From Spirochaetaceae bacterium (GTDB lineage: Bacteria; Spirochaetota; Spirochaetia; Treponematales; Breznakiellaceae), in NCBI GenBank assembly GCA_031258615.1, contig JAIRMP010000121.1, positions 1-33,533 of the forward strand: 33,533 bases of DNA, in the 5' to 3' direction. The position numbers and the translations under genes are program-made. The notes beneath the pieces were generated by a model. That model was given only the letters and a program-made list of their open reading frames with translations. It had not been told where the DNA came from and ran no database searches. Shown piece after piece: positions 1 to 7,065 of this stretch (positions within the stretch are counted from its first letter, which is position 1; each line of letters begins with the position of its first letter).

Positions 1-380
1 CTCTAATATTATGAATCGGGATACAAAACAAAATGGGGTTTTGACAAATGTCCTGGCGGGCAGGCGGATGGGCGTTTTGTGCGGTGGACGGTTCTATTCA
101 AAGACGGCCTAACCCCCCCTCCCCCCTATGAAATAACTCTTTTTTACTGTTTTTTTTGAAAGGCGGTCGTCGCCGCCCTTTCCCTGTAATCCACTGGTAA
201 AAGGCGCCGTGTCAAGGGCAGATTTTTTGCCCATGCCGGGCTTTTTACTGTTACTTCCATACCTCCGGCCTCTTCGCGGCCTATTTTTCAAAAAACATCC
301 CTGTCTTCTTGAATGATAGAACGGCGTTGACGTCGGCGGACGGCGGTTTGTGGAAAAAATCTTCATAAGGAGTAAAAAAG

Positions 381-992
381 ATGAAGAAAGTAGTAACAAT
401 GCTTCGCATGGCGGTGGGCGGCGCAGCCGCTCTCCGCGCAAGATGGTGGAAGTAGTTTATTCAGCGTGGGCGGCGGTCTGGCGCTTATGCCGGGTTTTCA
501 AACAGTGAAGCCTAAAGGCGGCGGTGAGGAGCAAAAAACGTCCGAATTTGGCGGCGGTATAAACGTGTTTTTTGACGCCAAATACGCGGAGGTGAACATG
601 GGCCTGATTTTAGCCAATGCCAAAGAGAAAAATGCTGACAAAGGTATCGACACCACCAATTTACTGATAGGTATCGTAGGTAAATACCCGATATCCCTTG
701 CCGAAAGATTCGTGTTATTTCCATTTGTCGGTATTGATTACAGAATAGCCTTGGCGCGTCCTACGACGGGGAAAAAATGGACATGGACAAGGCGGAAGAC
801 CAGTTTAACGCTCTGTCCCTGCTTTTTGGGCTTGGAGTTGATTACGATATAACAAGCGTGCTGTATTTCCGCGGTGAAGTGGGTTTTGGAATTACTTTCA
901 ACACAAAGAACGAGAACGATACCAAAGATGACATCGATTCCAACTTCCATGGCAAAATACCTATAAAACTTGCGGTTGGCTATAGGCTCTAG
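381..992 (+). pseudogene. Outer-membrane beta-barrel protein (porin/OmpA-like barrel family), interrupted by two frameshifts
   Basis: AAGGAG at 367-372 and ATG at 381 give a signal-like start, MKKVVTMLRMAVGGAAAL, which stops at 453-455. The reading continues in the +1 frame (open from 397, ...LSAQDGGSSLFSVGGGLALMPG...) to 852. It then returns to the original frame (open from 738) and ends at TAG 990-992. The sequence has an alternating hydrophobic beta-strand pattern and a barrel-like C-terminus, IPIKLAVGYRL. The second shift coincides with the G4A6 run at 768-777. Confidence 0.45.
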
Positions 993-1024
993 TCAAAGGC
1001 TAGGACGTAAATTCTCTAATGAAC

Positions 1025-1058
1025 AAAAATAACATGGCCATTTGGCCATGTTATTTTT
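1025..1058 (+). terminator. Rho-independent (bidirectional-looking) terminator after the OMP gene
   Basis: Perfect hairpin AAAAATAACATGGCC-ATTT-GGCCATGTTATTTTT, with an A-tract in the left arm and a T-tract in the right arm. It starts 33 nt after the TAG at 990-992. Confidence 0.6.
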
Positions 1059-1222
1059 GTATCCGCAAAGTCCACCCGCAAAGCCGCCTCTCAGCCGTCT
1101 TGCCCGGCAGCCTTACTTAGCCGCGCCTCACCCAGCCCCATGCCCTTCACTGTTCACTCCACCGCTAAACCGCTTGCAAGGCTGACTCGCCAGCCCCCCA
1201 ACATTGTAAAATGCAAAAAAGC

Positions 1223-1258
1223 TTGACTTTATTCATAATAGGAATTATTATTGATAAT
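1223..1258 (+). promoter_or_regulatory. Sigma70-like promoter of rubrerythrin with an overlapping Fur/PerR-like operator
   Basis: TTGACT (1223-1228), a 17-nt spacer, then TATTAT (1246-1251). The inverted repeat ATAATA-ggaat-TATTAT (1235-1251) spans the spacer and -10, and is followed by a GATAAT hexamer (1253-1258). The region is AT-rich and resembles Fur-family boxes. Confidence 0.45.
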
Positions 1259-1316
1259 ATAAGACTAGAAAAGCAAATTGTCTTTTCAGTCAAAATCATT
1301 TTATCAGGAGGCTTAC

Positions 1317-1868
1317 ATGGCTGAATTAAAAGGCAGCAAGACGGAACAGAACTTGAGGACGGCTTTTGCCGGGGAATCGCAGGCGCGGGGAAAGTATTTC
1401 TACTTTGCGACTAAGGCGAAAGAAGAAGGACATGCGCAAATTGCCCGTGTTTTCGAGGAAACTGGAAACAATGAGTATGAGCACGCAAAGATCTGGTTCA
1501 AGTATCTGGATGGGATTGGCGGTACCGCGGACAATCTCAAGGCGGCGGCGGCAGGCGAGAATTACGAGGCTACGGATATGTACGTCAATTTTGCCAAAAC
1601 GGCAAAAGAAGAAGGTTTTTCCGAGATTGCCGAGCGCTTTGAGCAGATAGCGGCCATCGAGAAGCGGCATGAGGCGCGCTACAAAAAACTGCTTGAAAAC
1701 ATAGGCAAGGGCGCGCCGGTCGGAGGTGACTTTCAGGAGTGGGAGTGTGTCAACTGTGGAAACACGATCAGCGCAAAGGCCGCACCCAACAAGTGCCCAG
1801 TTTGCGCTTACGCGGATATCCCGTGGTCGGGCGCTACGGCATACGTATCCAAAAAAGAAGTATTCTAA
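1317..1868 (+). CDS. rbr: Rubrerythrin (ferritin-like diiron domain plus C-terminal rubredoxin-like CxxC...CxxC)
   Basis: AGGAGG at 1305-1310 lies 6 nt before ATG 1317, so the ORF-track start at 1278 is probably too early. Diiron motifs are present: [16 protein letters not shown] and EKRHE. The C-terminal CVNCG...CPVC is a rubredoxin knuckle pair. Product length is 183 aa. Confidence 0.9.
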   Translation: MAELKGSKTEQNLRTAFAGESQARGKYFYFATKAKEEGHAQIARVFEETGNNEYEHAKIWFKYLDGIGGTADNLKAAAAGENYEATDMYVNFAKTAKEEGFSEIAERFEQIAAIEKRHEARYKKLLENIGKGAPVGGDFQEWECVNCGNTISAKAAPNKCPVCAYADIPWSGATAYVSKKEVF

Positions 1869-1908
1869 ATCATGTTTCCATGTTAGTTTGATTTTTTGAG
1901 GGTAGGTT

Positions 1909-1955
1909 CGTCATCTAAACCCCGATGAGGGTTTAGATGACGGATCAGTTTTTTT
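1909..1955 (+). terminator. Rho-independent terminator of rbr
   Basis: A 14-bp perfect stem, CGTCATCTAAACCC (1909-1922) pairing with GGGTTTAGATGACG (1929-1942), with a 6-nt loop. A T7 run follows at 1949-1955. Confidence 0.8.
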
Positions 1956-2039
1956 CGGAGACACACTGCCCGCAAAGTCCGAGATCGTGCACGAAACTTT
2001 GAATGCCCTTTACTGAACCATCCTTAAACACCGCGCCAC

Positions 2040-2625
2040 TACCGCCCAACCCGCTCTCTTTCACGCTTAGTGGCTCGCAAGGACGAAGGGCTGGATTGCT
2101 TCGCACCTTGGCGGGCGCTCACAAGCCGCGATAGCGGCTTGCCGCCGGCAGGGGCGCCTGCGGCGCGGTCGAGGCGCATGGCAAAACGCCGTCATTGCGA
2201 GGCGCGTTGCGCCGTGGCAATCCAGAAGGGAAATCATTTGACTGGATTGCTTCGTACCCTATGGGTACTCGCAATGACGACGTGGGCTGGCCAACCGCTG
2301 TGCGGTTGTCTCCGGAGTTTGCGCCGCCAGCCTAGCGCTTGGCTTACCGCAAACTCCAGGCCCAACCCGTTATCTTTCACGCTCAGCGAATACCAAGGAC
2401 TACTCCTCAGCCATTGGCGTACGTTTGGTGCAGGCTGGACAACCGCTATGCGGTTGTCTCCGGAGTTTGCTACGCAAGCGCTGCGCGCTTTCTCCGCAAA
2501 CTCCTACCGTTGTTACATGGCTTAGCGAATGGGCGTAACCGTTCTCTTTCACGCTTAGCGACTCGCAAGGACGATTCCTCAGCTATTGGCGTATGTTTGG
2601 TGCAGGCTGGCCTGCCAATAGCGAG
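2040..2625. repeat. Non-coding block of nested direct repeats and hairpins (REP/MITE-like)
   Basis: Unit A occurs three times: 2048-2086 (truncated), 2364-2438 and 2537-2610, as AACC(C)GTTxTCTTTCACGCTxAGCGA..CAAGGAC..TCCTCAGCxATTGGCGTAxGTTTGGTGCAGGCTGG. Unit B occurs twice (2292-2322 and 2440-2470, 30/31 identical) and contains the CAACCGC/GCGGTTG hairpin. Hairpins GGAGTTTGC...GCAAACTCC lie at 2314-2357 and 2462-2504. A long composite palindrome spans 2190-2279 (CGTCATTGCGAG...GCAATCC / GGATTGC...CTCGCAATGACG). A 9-bp inverted repeat, GCTATTGGC/GCCAATAGC, lies at 2582-2590 and 2614-2622. Confidence 0.8.
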
Positions 2626-2628
2626 CAC

Positions 2629-2657
2629 TTGACAAACTTTTATAAATATTCATACTT
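2629..2657 (+). promoter_or_regulatory. Candidate sigma70 promoter of the T6SS operon
   Basis: Consensus -35 TTGACA (2629-2634), a 16-nt AT-rich spacer, then CATACT (2651-2656). It lies ~45 nt upstream of the tssA ATG and immediately after the last repeat hairpin. Confidence 0.4.
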
Positions 2658-2700
2658 AAAGCATAAATTTACATGGAATTGCGGGAATGTGGAATGATGT

Positions 2701-3756
2701 ATGATTAACGCGGCGGAGTTGGCGGTAAAACTTTCGGACGAAGACCCCGCCGGGCAGAACCTTGAATACGATCCTCTGTACGTGGGCATGGACGCTTTGG
2801 CGCAGGCGGCGCCGGACAGCTTCATGGGGGATTCAAAGATTGAAGGACGCGGGCCGGACTGGAAAAATCTCAGCAAAAACTGCCTGGAGTTGTGGAAGCG
2901 GACACGGGATCTCAGGGTCGCGGTCTATCTCACTATAGCGGAAGCGACAATGGGAGGGCTTGCGGGGCTTGCGGAAGGATTCAAGGTACTCGTATTTCTA
3001 GTGAAAGAACTCTGGGACGAATTTTACCCCCGCCTTGATCCTGACGACGACAACGATCCGGTTGAACGCATAAATATACTTTCCATGCTTTCCCCGCCCT
3101 CAGGCTCTGTAAACGACCCTGTCATGTTCATCCCCCAGTTCCGCAAGACGCGGCTTGTGCCGTCTCTGCGGTACACGCTCCGGGATATGCTCATCTCCGC
3201 CAACGAGATTGAAGCCGCCGACGGTATAAGCATAGACGCAAAACTGTTTCACGCCGAGTTTATAAGCGCGCCGGAAGCCGAGATGGAAGAGGCGGCGGCT
3301 TTGGCCAAAGAAGTAAAGTCGCTGTCTATAGAACTTTGTGATGAAATGAACGCGAAGATGGGCGGCGGTGGCATAGTGGATATGTCCGCGCTCTGTCGCG
3401 AGATAGATCATCTCGTCAGCTTTTACGAGCAGTACAAAACGCCCGCCGCCGGTAAAGATACGGAAGAACCTGAGGCGGAGGGGCCGCCGTCCGGTCCGTC
3501 CGCGGCAGCCGCCGCTACGGGGACCCCGCTTGCACTGCTTTCTTACCGGGCGGCGTCCCGGACGGAGGCCCTGCTCCTCTTAAAAAAAGGCGCGGAGTAT
3601 TTCCAGCGCGAGGAGCCTAACAGCCCCATTCCGCAGCTTGTTGACCGCGCCGTGCGGTTTTCGGAAATGAGTTTCATAGATTTGATTGAGGATATAATGC
3701 CCGACGCGTTGCCGCGCGGACGTGATATACTGGGAATAAAACCAGAATCTAAATAG
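2701..3756 (+). CDS. tssA: T6SS protein TssA (ImpA-family N-terminal domain)
   Basis: N-terminus has an ImpA_N-like pattern, ...GQNLEYDPLYVGMDAL.... A low-complexity linker is rich in P, A and E. The C-terminal block EEPNSPIPQLVDRAVRFSEMSFIDLIEDIMPD is typical of TssA proteins. It is the first gene of the cluster. Confidence 0.75.
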   Translation: MINAAELAVKLSDEDPAGQNLEYDPLYVGMDALAQAAPDSFMGDSKIEGRGPDWKNLSKNCLELWKRTRDLRVAVYLTIAEATMGGLAGLAEGFKVLVFLVKELWDEFYPRLDPDDDNDPVERINILSMLSPPSGSVNDPVMFIPQFRKTRLVPSLRYTLRDMLISANEIEAADGISIDAKLFHAEFISAPEAEMEEAAALAKEVKSLSIELCDEMNAKMGGGGIVDMSALCREIDHLVSFYEQYKTPAAGKDTEEPEAEGPPSGPSAAAAATGTPLALLSYRAASRTEALLLLKKGAEYFQREEPNSPIPQLVDRAVRFSEMSFIDLIEDIMPDALPRGRDILGIKPESK

Positions 3757-3774
3757 ATTAAGGAGGGTAAATTT

Positions 3775-4326
3775 ATGGCGACAGAGAGCAGTCAAAAATT
3801 TATCGCGAAAAACAGGGCGCCCCGCGTGCAGATAGAGTATGACGTTGAGCAGAACGGCGCGGAAAAAAAAGTCGAGCTTCCGTTTGTCATGGGGGTAGTG
3901 TCGGATCTTTCCGGCAAGCCGGTGGAACCGCTGCCCCGTGTGGACGACAGGCAGATGCTGGAGTTTACCAGCGAAAACTTTGACGACCGGCTCAAGGCAA
4001 TCAAGCCGCGTGTGGCATTTTCCGTGCCTAACGTACTGACAGGCGAGGGGAATATTCCTATAGACATGACGTTTGAGAGCATGTCGGACTTTTCACCCGG
4101 CGCCGTTACCGCCAAAGTGGACGGGCTGAAACAACTGATGGAGGCGCGTGAACAGCTTGCCAACCTGCTTTCGTACATGGACGGGAAGCAGGGGGCGGAA
4201 GATCTGTTAAACAAGATTCTTAAAGATCCGGCGCTGCTTGCGGCATTGTCGCAGAAGGCTAAGGAAACGGGCGGCGGAGCGGCGGCGGCGGAAGGTGAAG
4301 CCGCCGGGACAGACGAGGCTAAATAG
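3775..4326 (+). CDS. tssB: T6SS contractile sheath small subunit TssB (VipA/ImpB)
   Basis: Signature N-terminus NRAPRVQIEYDVE..GAEKKVELPFVMGVVSDLSGK. Product is 183 aa. GGAGGG RBS lies upstream, and the gene is directly followed by tssC. Confidence 0.92.
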   Translation: MATESSQKFIAKNRAPRVQIEYDVEQNGAEKKVELPFVMGVVSDLSGKPVEPLPRVDDRQMLEFTSENFDDRLKAIKPRVAFSVPNVLTGEGNIPIDMTFESMSDFSPGAVTAKVDGLKQLMEAREQLANLLSYMDGKQGAEDLLNKILKDPALLAALSQKAKETGGGAAAAEGEAAGTDEAK

Positions 4327-4340
4327 GAGGAGAGAACATT

Positions 4341-5840
4341 ATGTCGGATGCGGTGGAAAAACAGGCGGTAGAGAAGGATCCGCTCAACCCTGAAACCCTC
4401 GAAATGTCAGATTTCGAGGCGCTGTTGAATCAGGAATTTAAACCCAAATCGGATGAGGCGACAACGGCGGTACACGGCGCGGTAAAAACCCTGGTGAACC
4501 AGGCCTTGGAAAACGCATCGCTGATTTCAAACGATACGGTAAAAACGATAGAGGGAATAATCGCCGAGCTTGATAAAAAGCTCTCGGCCCAGGTGAATCT
4601 GATCATTCATCATCCGGATTTTTCCAAACTCGAAGGCGCGTGGCGGGGGCTGGACTATCTTGTGAGCAATACCGCCACGAGCGACCGCCTCAAGATCAGG
4701 GTGATGAACATCTCCAAGGCGGAGTTGGGCAAGACTATCAAACGTTTTAAGGGGACGGCCTGGGATCAGAGCCCGTTGTTCAAGAGGATATACGAGGAAG
4801 AGTACGGCACCGCCGGCGGCGAGCCTTACGGCGCGTTGATAGGGGATTACTACTTTAACCAGACGCCGCCGGATATGGAGGTTCTGAAAGGGCTGGGGCA
4901 GATAGCTTCCGCTTCGCATATGCCGTTCATATCCGCCGCCGATCCTACGGTTATGAACCTCGACTCGTGGCAGGATCTTGCAAACCCGCGTGATATTACC
5001 AAGATTTTCTCGACTCCTGAGTACGCGGCGTGGCGTTCTTTCAGGGACAGCGACGACAGCCGTTATGTCGCCCTCGTGATGCCGCGTGTGTTGAGCCGGG
5101 TTCCCTACGGGGCAAAGAGCAATCCGGTCGAGGAGTTCGACTTTGAGGAAGACACCGGGGCCGGAGACAGCGGCAAGTACAACTGGATGAACGCCGCGTA
5201 CGCCATGGGGGTGAACATCAACAGGGCCTTTGCCAACTGCGGCTGGTGCGCCAATATACGCGGCGTAGAGTCGGGCGGCATGGTCGAGGGGCTGCCTACG
5301 CATACCTTCCCGACCGATGACGGCGGAGTCGCCATGAAATGCCCGACTGAAATCGCCATCACGGACAGGCGCGAGGCGGAGTTGTCAAAGAACGGCTTCC
5401 TGCCGCTGATTCACTGGAAAAACACCGACTACGCCGTCTTCCTTGGAGGGCAGACGATGAACCGCCCGCAGGAATTCGACTCGGCCGACGCCACCGCCAA
5501 CGCCGCCCTTTCCTCAAGACTTCCGTACATTTTCGCGGTGAGCCGCTTCGCCCATTACCTGAAATGTATGGTTCGGGACAAGATAGGCTCGTTCAAAGAA
5601 AAAGAGGATATGCAGGTGTGGCTGTCGAACTGGATTGCAGGCTATGTTACAGGCGACCCCAACGCCTCTGATGAGATCAAGGCAAAGTACCCGCTTGCGG
5701 AAGCCAAGGTCGAGGTGGAGTCGGTTGAAGGCCAGCCGGGGTACTACTCGGCGCGGTTTTATCTGCGGCCTCATTACCAGCTTGAAGGGCTCACCGCTTC
5801 GCTGCGCCTCGTAACCAAAGTTCCCTCTGGGGGCAAGTAG
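4341..5840 (+). CDS. tssC: T6SS contractile sheath large subunit TssC (VipB/ImpC)
   Basis: 499 aa. Typical blocks are present: HHPDFSKLEGAWRGLDYLV, SASHMPFISAA and LRPHYQLEGLTASLRLV. AGGAGGAG RBS upstream. Confidence 0.93.
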   Translation: MSDAVEKQAVEKDPLNPETLEMSDFEALLNQEFKPKSDEATTAVHGAVKTLVNQALENASLISNDTVKTIEGIIAELDKKLSAQVNLIIHHPDFSKLEGAWRGLDYLVSNTATSDRLKIRVMNISKAELGKTIKRFKGTAWDQSPLFKRIYEEEYGTAGGEPYGALIGDYYFNQTPPDMEVLKGLGQIASASHMPFISAADPTVMNLDSWQDLANPRDITKIFSTPEYAAWRSFRDSDDSRYVALVMPRVLSRVPYGAKSNPVEEFDFEEDTGAGDSGKYNWMNAAYAMGVNINRAFANCGWCANIRGVESGGMVEGLPTHTFPTDDGGVAMKCPTEIAITDRREAELSKNGFLPLIHWKNTDYAVFLGGQTMNRPQEFDSADATANAALSSRLPYIFAVSRFAHYLKCMVRDKIGSFKEKEDMQVWLSNWIAGYVTGDPNASDEIKAKYPLAEAKVEVESVEGQPGYYSARFYLRPHYQLEGLTASLRLVTKVPSGGK

Positions 5841-5841
5841 A

Positions 5842-5865
5842 TTTTTTTAGGGGGGGGGGGGGGGG
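5842..5865 (+). repeat. Homopolymer pair T7-A-G16 in the tssC-hcp intergenic region
   Basis: Direct count gives t5842-5848, a5849 and g5850-5865. The tract begins 2 nt after the tssC stop and lies ~105 nt upstream of the hcp ATG. Confidence 0.9.
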
Positions 5866-5911
5866 TATTCTTGGAATTATTTCAAACGGAAGGCGCATGA
5901 TTTAAGTTGTG

Positions 5912-5941
5912 TTGCTTTTATACGTTTGAATGATTTATATC
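5912..5941 (+). promoter_or_regulatory. Possible internal promoter for hcp
   Basis: TTGCTT (5912-5917), an 18-nt spacer, then TATATC (5936-5941), in an AT-rich stretch ahead of the hcp RBS GGAGG (5958-5962). The match is weak. Confidence 0.3.
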
Positions 5942-5970
5942 ATAAATACACCATGATGGAGGTAAAAATT

Positions 5971-6468
5971 ATGGCAAGTGTTTACTTTTTACAGTTGGAT
6001 GGAATTGAGGGGCAGGCTGCCGACAAGGCGCATGACAAATGGCTCGAGCTCGTTTCATTCTCTCACGGCGCGGCGCAGAATGTATCTATTCAGCGCTCAG
6101 GCGACGTAGCGGGGCGGGGTCAGTTCCTGCCGTTCACATTTGTACACGCGGTAGACAAGGCTACCCCGAAGATTCAGCTTTACTGCATGAACGGCAACAA
6201 AATCGCGAAAGCGGTTTTTCAGTATTGCCGCATAATCGGAGGCGCGCAGACACCGGTATACGAGCTTACACTGGAAAATGTGCGCGTCGCTAAAACCGTT
6301 GTCAAGACCATAGACACGGGTTCCAACGACGATCCGCTTGCCCAGCAGCCGGTAGAAGAAGTGGAATTGGTCGCCGGCAAGATCACGTGGAAGGTGACTC
6401 CGATTAAGCCGGATGGTTCCAAAGACGGCGCGATTGAAGCCGCCTACGACCAAATCGCCAACGAGTAG
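5971..6468 (+). CDS. hcp: T6SS inner tube protein Hcp (TssD)
   Basis: ATG 5971 follows GGAGG by 8 nt, so the ORF-track start at 5926 is probably too early. The N-terminus is Hcp-like, MASVYFLQLDGIEGQAADKAHDKWLELVSFSHG, and ...DKATPKIQLYCMNG... is also present. Product is 165 aa. Confidence 0.9.
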   Translation: MASVYFLQLDGIEGQAADKAHDKWLELVSFSHGAAQNVSIQRSGDVAGRGQFLPFTFVHAVDKATPKIQLYCMNGNKIAKAVFQYCRIIGGAQTPVYELTLENVRVAKTVVKTIDTGSNDDPLAQQPVEEVELVAGKITWKVTPIKPDGSKDGAIEAAYDQIANE

Positions 6469-6483
6469 CAGGCTGAAGAGCCG

Positions 6484-6510
6484 CCGTTCCATGCTTAACG
6501 CATGGAACGG
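6484..6510 (+). terminator. Hairpin (attenuator or partial terminator) after hcp
   Basis: An 11-bp perfect stem, CCGTTCCATGC/GCATGGAACGG, with a 5-nt loop, starting 16 nt after the hcp stop. Only a weak T-run (AAATTTTA) follows. Confidence 0.4.
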
Positions 6511-6534
6511 CTAAATTTTACGGCGGATTAACCA

Positions 6535-7047
6535 ATGGATACAGGCGGACGCGGGAATATCAGAAAAGAAGACGCAAGGTATAAGCCTTATGTGCTTAGA
6601 CGTTTAACGGATATGGACCCTTACGAAAAAACCGAGCGTATTCAAAATGTGATAACCGAAAAACAGGTAAAGGACGATATTTTCAAAAACATAGAAATGC
6701 TTTTCTATTCCCGTTCCCGCCCCTCGCTCAAAGAATTCAAAGGTTATGAAGATGTCGCAAATTCCGTGCTGGGTTACGGCATATCAGATTACTGCGGGAA
6801 GGTCTGTAGTAGAACAGAGCGTGAAGAACTTCTGGAACACATAAAAAACCAGATACGGATTTTTGAACCGCGTTTGGCGCCGGATTCTATAAGGGTTGAA
6901 TTTGGGAGCATTGAGGCTTCTATGCGTTCCATGCTGGAGCTTCACATCAGCGGAATTGTAACTGTGAATCAGGTTAACGAGGAGGTGCTTTTTATCTCCC
7001 GCCTTGATCTAGAAACGGGAAACGCCGTCTTGACCAACGCGGGTTAA
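6535..7047 (+). CDS. tssE: T6SS baseplate protein TssE (gp25/GPW-like)
   Basis: 170 aa. The gp25-like motif region is ...SVLGYGISDY...IKNQIRIFEPRL...VEF...L.ISG. It sits between hcp and tssF. The start codon is uncertain because no strong RBS is visible. Confidence 0.75.
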   Translation: MDTGGRGNIRKEDARYKPYVLRRLTDMDPYEKTERIQNVITEKQVKDDIFKNIEMLFYSRSRPSLKEFKGYEDVANSVLGYGISDYCGKVCSRTEREELLEHIKNQIRIFEPRLAPDSIRVEFGSIEASMRSMLELHISGIVTVNQVNEEVLFISRLDLETGNAVLTNAG

Positions 7048-7065
7048 GGGCGCATAAGGACAGTC

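Noticed and set aside
2-441. A possible 3' gene end at the left edge (open frame 2-112, ...MNRDTKQNGVLTNVLAGRRMGVLCGGRFYSKTA) and the 110-aa minus-strand ORF at 109-441
   Set aside because: Neither has a recognisable motif or an RBS. The minus ORF runs through the C7TC6 and T-run homopolymers and overlaps the start region of the OMP gene. The evidence is insufficient to call either one.
1063-1980. The 11-mer CCGCAAAGTCC occurs just after both terminators flanking rbr (1063-1073 and 1970-1980), hinting at a mobile rbr cassette
   Set aside because: Many identical 11-mer pairs, on the order of a hundred, are expected by chance in a 33-kb window. The downstream similarity (ATGCCCTT.ACTG, GCAAGG) is weak, and no recombinase or target-site duplication logic is visible.
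2592-2612. Sigma54-like motif TGGCGTATGTTTGGTGC inside repeat unit A, ~100 nt upstream of tssA (also present in the A2 copy)
   Set aside because: The GG-to-GC spacing is 12 nt rather than the required 10, and the -12 element is TGGTGC rather than TTGC. The motif is part of a repeated element, and no sigma54 activator gene is seen in the locus.
2040-2625. Possible CRISPR array
   Set aside because: The repeats are of several different types, irregularly spaced and nested or inverted. There is no constant repeat-spacer periodicity and there are no cas genes.
2070-2632. Two long + strand ORFs (151 aa at 2070-2525 and 97 aa at 2339-2632) in the rbr-tssA gap
   Set aside because: They lie entirely within the nested repeat and hairpin block. 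They have no RBS, and their Arg/Ala/Leu-rich low-complexity translations repeat with the DNA repeats. They are best explained as translated repeat elements.
4527-5303. A 258-aa minus-strand ORF antisense to tssC
   Set aside because: It is a shadow ORF with the same characteristics as the clpV antisense ORFs. tssC is unambiguous on the + strand.
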